A DNA stretch of 64,000 nucleotides from Dehalococcoidia bacterium (GCA_965219085.1 OZ244720.1:1920001-1984000), one strand, 5' to 3'; positions 51,496 through 60,563 are shown, counted from the first letter of the stretch. Notes: generated from the sequence alone by a model not told the origin. Numbers and translations: made by a program.

Positions 51496-52584
51496 GTGCA
51501 GCAGGATACCGCAACGACGTGGAGCATTGAGGGCAAGGAAGGGTCAGGGGTCACCATCGGCCTCGACGTGGGCGACCGCTACACCCACGTCCACGCCCTC
51601 GGCGCCGGCGGGGAGGTGGTACGTGAGAGGCGCGTCCGCACCACGACGGCAGCGCTGGGCATGGTGCTGACCGGCCTCCCCCCATCGCGGGTCGTGATCG
51701 AGGCGGGGCCGCGCTCGCCGTGGCTGAGCCGCCTCATGGCGGACCTCGGCCACGAGGTGGTCGTCGCCAACCCGCGCCAGGTCGCGCTGATCGCCCGCAG
51801 CCAGCGCAAGACCGACCGGCTCGACGCCGAGTGGCTGGCGCGGCTGGGGCGCTTCGACCCCCAGTTGCTCGCCCCGATCCGCCACCGCAGCGAGGCGAGC
51901 CAGCACGACCTCGCCGTGGTGCGCGCCCGCGACGCGCTGGTGCGCTCGCGGACGCTGCTCATCAACCACGTGCGCGGGGCCGTCAAGGCCTGCGGAGCCG
52001 CGTTGCCGTCGTGCACGGCCGAGGCGTTCCACCGCAAGACGGCGGACCACATCCCCGACGGGCTGCGCCCGGCGCTGCTGCCGCTGGTGGAGGCGATCGG
52101 CGAGCTGACCGCGCGCATCGCGGCGGCCGGCCGCGAGATCGAGGCGTTGTGCGAGGCTCACTCCGAGACCGCGGCGCTGCGCCAGGTCACGGGCGTCGGG
52201 CCGATCACCGCGCTCACGTTCGTGCTGACGATCGAGGATCCTGGGCGCTTCCCGAAGAACCGCGAGGTCGGCGCCTACCTCGGGCTCGTGCCGAGGCAGC
52301 GCGACTCGGGCGAGCGCACGCCGCAACTCGGCATCGGCAAGAGCGGCGATCCGCACCTGCGGCGGCTGCTGGTGCAGGCCGCGCACTACATCCTCGGCCC
52401 CTTCGGGCCCGACACCGACCTCCGCCGCTGGGGTGAGCGCTACACCGCTACGGGGGCCGGTAACGCGAAGAAGCGCGCCGTCGTGGGCGTCGCGAGGCGG
52501 CTGGCGGTGCTGCTGCTCGCGCTGTGGAAGACCGGCGAGGTCTACGAGCCGTTGCGCGACGCCGCGGCGCAGGAGGCCGCGTAG
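51496..52584 (+). CDS. IS110-family DEDD recombinase/transposase, intact, close paralogue of 17089-18177
   Basis: Same length (362 aa) and motifs as copy A. Confidence 0.95.
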   Translation: MQQDTATTWSIEGKEGSGVTIGLDVGDRYTHVHALGAGGEVVRERRVRTTTAALGMVLTGLPPSRVVIEAGPRSPWLSRLMADLGHEVVVANPRQVALIARSQRKTDRLDAEWLARLGRFDPQLLAPIRHRSEASQHDLAVVRARDALVRSRTLLINHVRGAVKACGAALPSCTAEAFHRKTADHIPDGLRPALLPLVEAIGELTARIAAAGREIEALCEAHSETAALRQVTGVGPITALTFVLTIEDPGRFPKNREVGAYLGLVPRQRDSGERTPQLGIGKSGDPHLRRLLVQAAHYILGPFGPDTDLRRWGERYTATGAGNAKKRAVVGVARRLAVLLLALWKTGEVYEPLRDAAAQEAA

Positions 52585-52639
52585 CAAGGCGCGGCGCCGA
52601 AGCAACCGACCAGGAGAGCGAGACTGAGACGGACCTGGG

Positions 52640-52900
52640 AGGAGGCCCAGCAAACCAACCACTGCACGTGATGCCGGGCAACGGGCGACTGCGAGGCGGT
52701 AGCGGTCCAACAAGGACGTTCAAGAGTTGGCAGCGCCCCCTGGAAGCAGGATGTGCCTTCATGCACCGGGCCCGATACGTGGCCCATCAAAGAGTGCGGA
52801 TAGAAGCTCGGCACAGGCTCCGTCAGGGGACATCACGAGCGGATCGGCCCCGATGTCGAGGAGCGCCACGCCCCGAGGAGGAAGCCGCCACGTCGGCCTT
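52640..52900 (+). ncRNA. Putative bridge/seek RNA of IS1111 copy B (boundaries approximate)
   Basis: GGCGGTAGC (52695-52703) and TCAAGAG (52720-52726) match this copy's target flanks. ATAGAAG (52800-52806) matches the donor end. Confidence 0.78.
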
Positions 52901-52908
52901 GCAGAAAG

Positions 52909-53819
52909 GTCGGGTAAGGGGCTGGCGCGGTACGAGCCGTAGGCAGTGGCGCTTATCCCGCCGGTTTCCCGCCGGTGCTCACTTCCACGTGCCGTAGCCA
53001 ACGCCCGTTTCCAGCCCCTCCCCTTCGAACCGTGCATGCGGTTCTCCCGCACACGGCTCACCGACGTCCTTCACCGGATGGCATTCGGCCCCGCCCGCCA
53101 CGCACGCTCCACAACGTCCCTGCGGTGGACTTTGTCGTAGAGCGCGTGAAAACGTCGCTCGGCTCGGCCTTGGCCGCCCGGTAGAGCGTGTGCTGTAGTT
53201 CTCGGACCTTTTGCTCGGCGGTTCTAGCCACGACGGGCACTCGCCAATCCTTCCCCAAGCTACACGCGCAGACGAAGTAGCGGCCCTTCCCTCACCGGCG
53301 GTTCTGTTGTCCGCTCGGCTCAATCGGTACTATGGCCGCCTCCGACTCCCTCCCGGCCGGCTACCCACTTCCCGGTTCGTCACCGGTTATAGGGCACCTC
53401 GCTCCGGCACCAATCCGCAGGCGCCGGACCGGGGAGGGCCTCCCCAGTTCCCGCCGTCACCTTCCACACGTTCCGCGCCCTCTACGCCGGGAGGTTCTTC
53501 GGGGTTGCGCCTCCAGGCTCTTCACCCCTTCCATGGCCTTCGCCCTGACGGCCGGGGCTCGGCTCCTCCTTGTTCCCACCATGCGGTGGGTATGTTCACG
53601 ACGCGGCAGACTTCGCTTCATGCTGCGGACCGCGTGGTCGCTCCCCCTCAAGGGCTTTCGACATCGGGCTCCGGCCCGGCCCGTTTCCAGACCCGACCGC
53701 CGATCTGCTACCGGGCCCCCTGGCAGTTACCCGGACCGGACTTTCACCGGTAGGCGACGACGAGCATGTCTCCGGACTGATCAGATCATTCTGCACCGTC
53801 CTTCGACTTCAGGGCGCAC
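52909..53819 (-). ncRNA. Group II intron (911 nt) with almost completely deleted RT/maturase ORF
   Basis: 5' GTGCG; domain V GAGCCGTGTGCGGGAGAACCGCATGCACGGTTC; 3' CTTACCCGAC. ORF stub KVRELQHTLYRAAKA. Boundaries confirmed by comparison with intron-less copy A (GAAAG|ACCGTCCC). Confidence 0.92.
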
Positions 53820-54999
53820 ACCGTCCCTCATAGAAGCTACCGCCCGCGCGACGAGCAGGAGCCACCCCCGGGCGGACGCAACCCGGATGTCGACTTCCGC
53901 GGGCGGCGGCGCAGCCGCGATACGCATAGCTCCGGCACCGACCCGCAGGCGCGGCTGTACACAAAGGGAGCGGGGCAGACGGCGAAACTCAGCTACATGG
54001 GCCATCTGCTGACCGAGAACCGTCACGGTCTGGTGCTGGACGTGGAGTTGACCGAGGCGAACGGGTACGCCGAGCGCGAGGCGGCGGTCACGATGCTGGA
54101 GCGCAGCGTGAGCGGCTGCGGGACGCTGGGCGCCGACCGCGGCTACGACACGCGCGACTTCGTGGCGGAACTGCGCGCGCGCGGCGTGACGCCGCACGTG
54201 GCGCAAAACGACCGCGGCCGCCGCAGCGCCGTGGACGGGCGCACCACGCGGCATCGCGGCTACAGGCAGAGTCAGAAGCGACGCAAGATCGTGGAGCAGG
54301 TCTTCGGCTGGATGAAGACCGTGGGCGGCGGGCGCAAGCTGCGTTTCGTGGGCCGCGAGCGCAACCGCGGCTGGCTGGAGCTCACCGCCGCCGCCTACAA
54401 CCTCGTGCGCATGGCCAGGCTCGAACTCGCCCCTGCGTAGGCGCAGTGCGCCCTCCGGCCGGTCCGGGAGCCCTCAGAGGCCCCCGGGGGCAGGTCAGGA
54501 GGCCACCATCACGAACCCGGAGGCGGCCTCAAGCCGCCTCTCGCCACTCCGAGACCCCGGAAGGGCGCTTCTTCAGCACCCTGCTAGGTACATCCGTTGC
54601 GACAACGGGCCAGAGCTCGCGGCGAACCCGCTACGCGACCTGGTGCCGGTTCTCCAGCACTGGCAGCAACTACACCGAGCCCGGTGCGCCGTGGGAGAAC
54701 CCGTATGTCGAATCGTTCAACGGCCCGCTGCGCGACGAGTTCCTGGCTGTCAAGCACTTCGACAGCCTGCTCGATGCGCAGGTACTGATCGAGGGCTGGC
54801 GGATCGAGTACGGCACGAGTCGCCCGCATCGTAGCCTGGGCTGGCTCACCCCGGCGGCCTACGTCGAGCGCTGGGAGGCTCCGCAACATGCTCGACTCTC
54901 ATAAGTGGTGGTCTCGCGAGGAGGGTCCGGTCATCGGCATGCGAAGAGGTGGATCGGGGCCACAAGGAAGTCGTGTGGAACTCGCCGTCGGACCCGAAC

Positions 55000-56406
55000 T
55001 TACCGAGTGGAACGTTCGAGGTTCGGCGTGAGATCCACCGCTGTAGCCGTGAGCGCCGAGTACTCGCACCCATCACTACAGGGAGTGGTTCTCTGCACCT
55101 CCATGGTGCCAGGATAGCCATCGTAGGTCTGCGGGCCGATGCCGCCGATGCGAGGAGAGCCCGTCACGAGCCCGACAAGTTGGAGCACCTCGTGGGCGGC
55201 GACGCTCATGCTGAATGGGAAGACGTTCCGGCCCGAGAGCGCGGCCTTCTCCTCGTCGCTGAGTCCTTCGATGTAGTCAGGGTCGTCGAGTTTCCCTTCA
55301 CGATCGAGGGCGACATCGCTGCGTCGCAATTGGCCGAGGCAGACCATGCAAGCGCGGCCCGGACCGACAGTGTGGATCCGCCAGGCGACGTGCTGCGGGA
55401 TCCCATCGGACTTCACCCGTGCCATGATCCCGCCATCGATGATGGGGATGAGGTGGCTGTAGGCGAGAGCGTTGAGCAGGTGCCGCGGCCACGGCCGGTC
55501 GACGCAGGAGATGAGGACGTCGCAGTCGAGTGCGGCCGCCAGTCCTGCTGGCGAAAGCAAGCTCTGTGGGAACGGGCGCAGCTCGAGTTCGGTGGCGGTC
55601 GAACTCAGAACGGCGTTGCGCGCCGCCAATTGGACCTTGAGGAGACCCGCTTCGACATCGGCCCCTGTGGCACCGACCGTTCGATCGAGGTTCCGAAGTT
55701 CGAGCTTGTCGAAATCGATGTACGTCAGGCGCCGCACACCCATGCGGGCCAGCGCCTCGGCGACGAGGCTCCCCACGCTTCCGAGCCCGACGATGCCGAC
55801 GCGCGTGCGTACGAGTTGCTGCTGTGCAACCTCGCCCCACACGCTCACCGTCGCGACTTGACTGGCGGTCACGGTCGCACGGGCCTCATCAGGGTGGTAC
55901 GAGGTGGAGAGTTCTGAGCCCACTACGCGGACCGACCGGGCCCCCCGGCGCTCGAAAGTGCGTGGCGCCCGGCGGATCCAGAACCGGCCGCTCCATGCCC
56001 CATCCAGCGCCCGTGTGAGCCCGACGAGCGGCAAGCCCGTGCGGCCGAACACGGCACCTGCAATCCGGTCGCGCTCGGCTACCACATCGTCGTGGCTCAT
56101 CCCCTGCCAGCCGGCGTGAGGGTGCCCGTGCAGGAAGGCGACACCGCAGCCCTCGGGGATGTCGGACAGCACTCGCCGCAGGTACTGAGAATGGAACGAC
56201 ACGTTGCCGTGGAGGACTCGGTCCCCAGCTTCGGGGAAGACCAGTTCTGTAATGACGGCCGTGTGGCGGTGCTGCCCGACACTCGGCTTCCAGTATGCGA
56301 AGGCCAGGTCTTCCTGGCGCGCATCCTCGTGGAGGTGCCCCCTGAGCACCTGGTCGTGGTCGGCCGTCATCGCCACCGAGAGATCGAGCGCGGTGGCGTC
56401 GATCAT
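55000..56406 (-). CDS. JAB/JAMM-like domain fused to ThiF/E1-like adenylyltransferase
   Basis: RQEDLAF...FLHGHP...MSHDD (JAB); GIVGLGSVGS, DFDKLELRNLDR, SCVDRPWPR, CMVC, DYIEGL (E1). ATG overlaps the upstream stop. Confidence 0.9.
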   Translation of the reverse strand: MIDATALDLSVAMTADHDQVLRGHLHEDARQEDLAFAYWKPSVGQHRHTAVITELVFPEAGDRVLHGNVSFHSQYLRRVLSDIPEGCGVAFLHGHPHAGWQGMSHDDVVAERDRIAGAVFGRTGLPLVGLTRALDGAWSGRFWIRRAPRTFERRGARSVRVVGSELSTSYHPDEARATVTASQVATVSVWGEVAQQQLVRTRVGIVGLGSVGSLVAEALARMGVRRLTYIDFDKLELRNLDRTVGATGADVEAGLLKVQLAARNAVLSSTATELELRPFPQSLLSPAGLAAALDCDVLISCVDRPWPRHLLNALAYSHLIPIIDGGIMARVKSDGIPQHVAWRIHTVGPGRACMVCLGQLRRSDVALDREGKLDDPDYIEGLSDEEKAALSGRNVFPFSMSVAAHEVLQLVGLVTGSPRIGGIGPQTYDGYPGTMEVQRTTPCSDGCEYSALTATAVDLTPNLERSTR

Positions 56407-56777
56407 GCCACTGGCCACCGGTCGTCGCAGAGGACAGTGAGAATGTGTGCCCAGAGGCCGCGCGGCGTCGGGCGGTGGTCGTAGCGCCGGCTCCAGTACA
56501 GTCAGTCGGGGCCGATCCCGCTCTCCATGGTCTTCAGCGGCTCGCTCCCGTCCATGGGGACTAGGTGAGGGCGGGTGTGGATGGCCGGCGGCACCACGTA
56601 GGGGGCCGCGTCGACACGCTGGATGGCGACATCGCAGCGCCGACCGCGCAAGGCACCGCTCGGCAGTTCGAAGTCGCGAACCACCGAGTAGTTGTTCCCG
56701 TCGTCGCCGCTGAGAACCTCAGCGGTGAGACCGAGGCCCCGGACGTATTCCTCGAAGTCGTCGGCGGTCATCGTCAC
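56403..56777 (-). pseudogene. Prokaryotic E2/UBC-like protein with in-frame TGA at 56502-56504
   Basis: YVVPPAIHTRPHL...GIGPD*LYWSRRYDH...LWAHILTVL. Read-through ends at TGA 56403-56405, overlapping the E1 ATG. Confidence 0.72.
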
Positions 56778-57058
56778 GAGACGGGTGTCGCGCCCTTGAA
56801 CGTGGCCGTGAACTCCTCGCCGGACTCGACGGGGACGGGCTTGTCTGCGGACTCGAAGTGGTGCTGATCGGAGTCGCGGGTGAGTTCGTACTCCTCGACG
56901 GGGGTGAAGCCGGCGCTCGCGAGGATCTCACCCACCGTCAGGGTGAACGGCTCGCGATCGGGGGGCTTCTGGTAGGCGTGCGTGACCTCCTCGCCGTTCA
57001 CGAAGTACTTGATGACTTCCTCCCCGGCACCCGGCCGGGCCACAACTTCCTGCGTCAC
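56774..57058 (-). CDS. Ubiquitin-like (multiubiquitin-type beta-grasp) protein
   Basis: RBS AGGAG then GTG; IKYFVNGEE...LTVGEILASAGF...YELTR...VESGEEFTATFKGATPVS. Operonic with E2 and E1. Confidence 0.75.
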   Translation of the reverse strand: MTQEVVARPGAGEEVIKYFVNGEEVTHAYQKPPDREPFTLTVGEILASAGFTPVEEYELTRDSDQHHFESADKPVPVESGEEFTATFKGATPVS

Positions 57059-57146
57059 GGGTATGCTCCTCGTGAACTGCTCTACCGCGCGCCAGAGATG
57101 TAGCGTGCTGCCGTAGGTGACAAGCGTTGATCGAACCTGATACTTT

Positions 57147-57163
57147 GTCAACTGTGGGTTGAC
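57147..57163. promoter_or_regulatory. Palindromic operator overlapping back-to-back -35 hexamers
   Basis: GTCAAC-tgtgg-GTTGAC. TTGACA on the minus strand (57146-57151) and TTGACC on the plus strand (57159-57164). Confidence 0.6.
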
Positions 57164-57217
57164 CACGAGGCGTCAGGCCTCGCAGTTGGCAAGAGGGCAA
57201 CATCGGGAGGTGCCGCG

Positions 57218-58375
57218 ATGCTGGGCGAACGGCTACGCCAGGCAAGACTGGCGGCAGGGCTATCGCTGGAGGGCCTCGCCGAACGGCTGGAGCGACCGCT
57301 TACCAAGCAGGCGCTGTCGAAGTACGAACGCGGCCTGTCGCAGCCGCCCCCGAGCCGAATCGCAGACCTCGCAGCGGCGCTCAACGTGCGGACATCGTCG
57401 CTGCTCGCGGAAGCTGATGTCGAGATCAAGTGGGTCGCCTACCGGAAGCTCCAGCGGCTGAGCAAGTCCCGACAAACGCAGGTCACGGCCGTCGCGACGC
57501 AACGACTCGAGAGCGAGGTCAGGCTCCGAGAGCTGTTCCATCTCGCCGACCGCCACGACCTGCCGGGCCCGATTGAGGTCCGCCACATCCACGACTGCGA
57601 CGCCGCGGCAGCGCACTTACGGATGCTCTGGAACCTCGGGGACCGCCCCGTCGATAGCCTTATCGAACAGATCGAGGAGCACGGGTGTGCGGTCGTGACC
57701 TGGCCGGAGGAGTGGGGCTTCGACGGGCTCTCGGGGTGGGCGAACCAGACGCCTGTGCTCGTGCTCAACGAGGCAGCGCCACCGGATCGCTTCCGCTTCA
57801 ACGCGGCGCATGAGATAGGCCATCTCGTCATGAAGAGCACAGGCGATGCGAAGATCGATGAGGCGTTCGCACACCGCTTCGCAGCTTCCTTTCTCGTGCC
57901 GGCCGAGGCGGCTCGCCGTGAACTTGGTCAGCGGCGCCGGGGACTCGACATGGACGAACTGGGCCTCCTCAAGCAGCGGTGGGGCCTGAGCATGCAGGCT
58001 TGGATTCGCCGCGCGCACGACCTCGAGATCATCAGCGCTCAGCTGTACCGTCGACTGAACATGCGGTTCCGTCGGGAGGGATGGCACCGCAAGGAACCGG
58101 TCGAGTACGCGGGAACTGAGTCGCCAACACTGCTTAGGCGACTCGTGCTGCGCGCGCTGACCGAGCGGATGATCACATCCGAGGAGGCAGATCGCTTCTA
58201 CCCGGGCTCCTCAAGGGATGCCCCGCAGGGGCCGTCCGGTCGTTCCTCGCTGCGAGACCTCGCCAAGCGGCCGATTGAGGAACGCCACCAAGCGATTCGC
58301 GCAGCTCGGATCACAGTCGACGCCGATGAGACCGAGGCGTGGGACGAGACTGTGGGCGACGGTCTCGAGGAGTGA
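57218..58375 (+). CDS. XRE HTH plus ImmA/IrrE (M78) metallopeptidase with C-terminal MazE-like antitoxin tail
   Basis: LGERLRQARLAAGLSLEGLA...SKYERG; RFNAAHEIGH, EAFAHRFAASFL; tail ETEAWDETVGDGLEE. Confidence 0.9.
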   Translation: MLGERLRQARLAAGLSLEGLAERLERPLTKQALSKYERGLSQPPPSRIADLAAALNVRTSSLLAEADVEIKWVAYRKLQRLSKSRQTQVTAVATQRLESEVRLRELFHLADRHDLPGPIEVRHIHDCDAAAAHLRMLWNLGDRPVDSLIEQIEEHGCAVVTWPEEWGFDGLSGWANQTPVLVLNEAAPPDRFRFNAAHEIGHLVMKSTGDAKIDEAFAHRFAASFLVPAEAARRELGQRRRGLDMDELGLLKQRWGLSMQAWIRRAHDLEIISAQLYRRLNMRFRREGWHRKEPVEYAGTESPTLLRRLVLRALTERMITSEEADRFYPGSSRDAPQGPSGRSSLRDLAKRPIEERHQAIRAARITVDADETEAWDETVGDGLEE

Positions 58376-58746
58376 GCGGATCGGAGTCGGCAACCGTGCC
58401 GCCGACGCGCGGCGAGGTCTGGCTGGTCCGCCTGCCGCGTGCGGTGGGTGCTGAGCTTCAACGGGTGCGTCCAGCGGTGATCGTGAACTCCCCTGCGTTT
58501 GATGCGGTGCCGGTCCGCATCGTCGTGCCGCTCACGACGTGGCTCGCCGAGTTCACCGGGAGCAGCAACAAACTCCTGATCGAGGCGAGCGAACGAAGTG
58601 GCTTGGACGCGGACTCTGCAGCCGACTTCCTGCAGGTCCGCAGCGTGTCGGTGGAGCGACTCGTGCAACGGCTTGGGGGGCTGGATGCGGATCTCGTCGA
58701 GGAGATCGTCGCCGGCATCGCGATCGCCCTCGACTACCAGCCGTGA
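58372..58746 (+). CDS. mazF: PemK/MazF-family endoribonuclease toxin
   Basis: RGEVWLV...GAELQRVRPAVIV...VVPLTT...SGLDADSAADFLQVRSVSVERL. GTG overlaps the upstream TGA. Confidence 0.9.
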   Translation: MSGSESATVPPTRGEVWLVRLPRAVGAELQRVRPAVIVNSPAFDAVPVRIVVPLTTWLAEFTGSSNKLLIEASERSGLDADSAADFLQVRSVSVERLVQRLGGLDADLVEEIVAGIAIALDYQP

Positions 58747-58822
58747 ACAGGCCAGCAAGGTCAGACGTCAGCTCACCGTTCCCACCGCAGAACACCGTCT
58801 GGCCCAGGCTCACCTCAGGCTC

Positions 58823-59800
58823 TTACGTCGCGGCAGTTGCGCCGTCACGACCAGCGGCACACGCTCGATTTGGTCGGTTCTGAACAGTGATACCCATGTT
58901 CGTGCAATGGTGAGAAAAATCCTCACCAAATCTACCTATTTCGTGCGGGATCATGCCCTCAAGCGCGCCTGACGCTCCGTCGTCGGTTTTCTCGATCGTG
59001 ACGGAGATCTGCATCGCCTCGGCGACATTCTTGAGCCGACCCGCCTCGATTTCCTCCTCGACGCGCTCCCGGAGCGCCTCGCACGTGGCGGCGAACTCGT
59101 CGGGGTTCGCGGGAGTGCGGGGCGCCGAACCAGAGCCGTTCAGTCGAGCGATGGTTACCTCGGCCGGCGAGCGGCGGGTGCGAATGACCTCGAGTTCCTT
59201 CTGCAGGTACGCCTCATCGATCTCGCCCATCTGGAAGAGCTTGAGCACCCGCTGTCGCTGATTGTCGAGCGACGCGAGGAGTTGCTGAGCCGCGGTCAGG
59301 TCGTCATCGCGCGCGTCGTCTGACGACGCATGCTCAAGCTCTGCCAGCACGACCTCCGGCGATGCAAGAACCGTTGTGAGCTCGCGCGCCACCGCGCGCT
59401 CGGGGTCACCCGCGCGGACGTAGCGCGTCGGACAGCGGTCGTGACGCGGACCGGCGTAGGCCCGGCGGCAGAGGTAGTAGCGGTACTTGCCCATCGATGT
59501 CTGGCCAACCATCGCCCCGTTGCAGCGGGCGCAGCGCATGAAGCTGCCAAGCGGGTAGTCGTTCTTGCGCTGCGCCTGGCGTCGCCGCTCGGGGTCCAGG
59601 AGCCGCGTCTGCGCCGCGTTGAACAGCTCCTCGGAGATGACCGCCGGCGTCGCGTCGGGTACCTCGATCCACTCGGACTCGTCCCTCAGTTCGACGATAC
59701 GGCGGCGCTTCCCCGCTGACGGGGTCTCGCCGGTGCCGGGTCTTCGTGCGCTTGAAGATGGTGCGCCGGGCGTCCCCCGGGTTGCGCAGCATGTTCAGCA
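58823..59800 (-). pseudogene. C-terminal remnant of a large serine recombinase (recombinase tail, Zn ribbon, coiled coil)
   Basis: VLNMLRNP...; WIEVPDATPAVISEELF; YPLGSFMRCARCNGAM...YRYYLC. Catalytic N-terminus missing. Confidence 0.8.
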
Positions 59801-59987
59801 CGGATGCGTCGAGGCGGGCGAGCGCGGCCTCGACCGTGGCGACATCCGCGGCGACGTCGCCCGAGAGCCCGAACTCGCGGCCCGCGAGCGGGTCCGGCAG
59901 GTATGCGTCGTAGTTGCAGGGCTGCCGGTCGCGGTAGGTTTGCCCGGTCGGGCTCCCGCGCCACTGGCGGCGGTCGTAACCGGCCAT
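59801..59987 (-). pseudogene. N-terminal fragment of a Fic-family protein, deletion-joined to the recombinase remnant
   Basis: RDRQPCNYDAYLPDPLAG...DVAADVATVEAALARLDA. Confidence 0.6.
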
Positions 59988-60183
59988 CTTCACCCTCCCC
60001 TGCGGCGTAACCTCCTACATGTGACGATGTTGTTGGCGGTTCGGGTAGTGCGGGCGACCTCCGCCGGGTACCCGCAGTGCGAGGTCGAGCGCCCGCCAGG
60101 CGCGGTGCGGGAGTTGGACTGCTCGCCCCTGAGGGATGACGCGGCGTATTGGCAACATCTGCCAAACCTGCGAGCGCAGCAAC

Positions 60184-60423
60184 ATGAGCACGATGACCGT
60201 ATCGCTCCCCGAGGCCCTCAAGTCCTTCGTGGACCAGCAGGTCAGCGCCCGCGGCTACAGCTCGTCAAGCGAGTACGTCCGCGAGTTGATCCGCAAGGAC
60301 CAGGATCGCCAGCGCCTGCGCGGTCTGCTCCTCGAAGGCGCGTCGTCGTCGCCGGCGGTCACCGCCGGTGCGGACTACTTCGGACGGCTTCGCGATCGCG
60401 TCCGTGAAGCCCGACAGCGGTGA
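60184..60423 (+). CDS. parD: ParD-family RHH antitoxin
   Basis: MSTMTVSLPEALKSFVDQQV...GYSSSSEYVRELIRKDQDRQRLRGLLLEG. Confidence 0.88.
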   Translation: MSTMTVSLPEALKSFVDQQVSARGYSSSSEYVRELIRKDQDRQRLRGLLLEGASSSPAVTAGADYFGRLRDRVREARQR

Positions 60424-60563
60424 GCGAGAACCAATCGTCCTTCGCGAGCGGGCGGGGCGGGATGTCGACGAGGCCGTCAATAACTGTCTGGCCGAGGCGC
60501 CAGCGGCGGTTGCGGTGGCCTTCATCGACGCCTCAGAACGAGAGCTCCAGATACAACCTGGCG
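60420..60563 (+). pseudogene. parE: RelE/ParE toxin remnant, frameshifted and truncated by IS256
   Basis: PIVLRERAGRDVDEAV...AVAFIDA directly after parD. Confidence 0.65.

Larger units (their letters stand above)
51386..53836 (+). mobile_element. IS110-family (IS1111-type) element, copy B, carrying a group II intron
   Basis: Same ends as copy A: AG|ATGGCATGAGGGCCGG ... ACCGTCCCTCATAGA|AG. Confidence 0.92.
50913..54440 (+). pseudogene. IS5-family transposase split at 51385/53837
   Basis: GRPSIPPEHLL...VDGTLLEAWASLK | SYRPRD...TDPQARLY...GADRGYD...VEQVFGWMK. Rejoins in frame when the insert is removed. Confidence 0.9.
50839..54583 (+). mobile_element. IS5-family element interrupted by IS1111 copy B
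   Basis: IRs CAGGGTGCTGAA / TTCAGCACCCTG; CTAG duplicated at 50835-50838 and 54584-54587. Confidence 0.9.
50670..54933 (+). mobile_element. Degenerate IS3-family remnant (integrase core), split by IS5 at CTAG
   Basis: DFQFD..LKLVNIVDEHTREAL at 50670-50834 continues as YIRCDNGPE...PGAPWENPYVESFNG.LRDEFL...RPHRSLG at 54588-54904. Right end ...GGTCCGGTCA. Confidence 0.8.

Noticed and set aside
52909-53819. Diversity-generating retroelement or retron acting on the repeated C-terminal domains
   Set aside because: The RT is only a stub inside a clear group II intron. The paralogous repeats differ at all base types, and I saw no adenine-specific TR/VR pair.
56502-56504. TGA recoding (Sec or Trp) in the E2-like gene
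   Set aside because: TGA is used as an ordinary stop by many genes here, and the position fits Trp rather than a catalytic Cys. A nonsense mutation or error is simpler.
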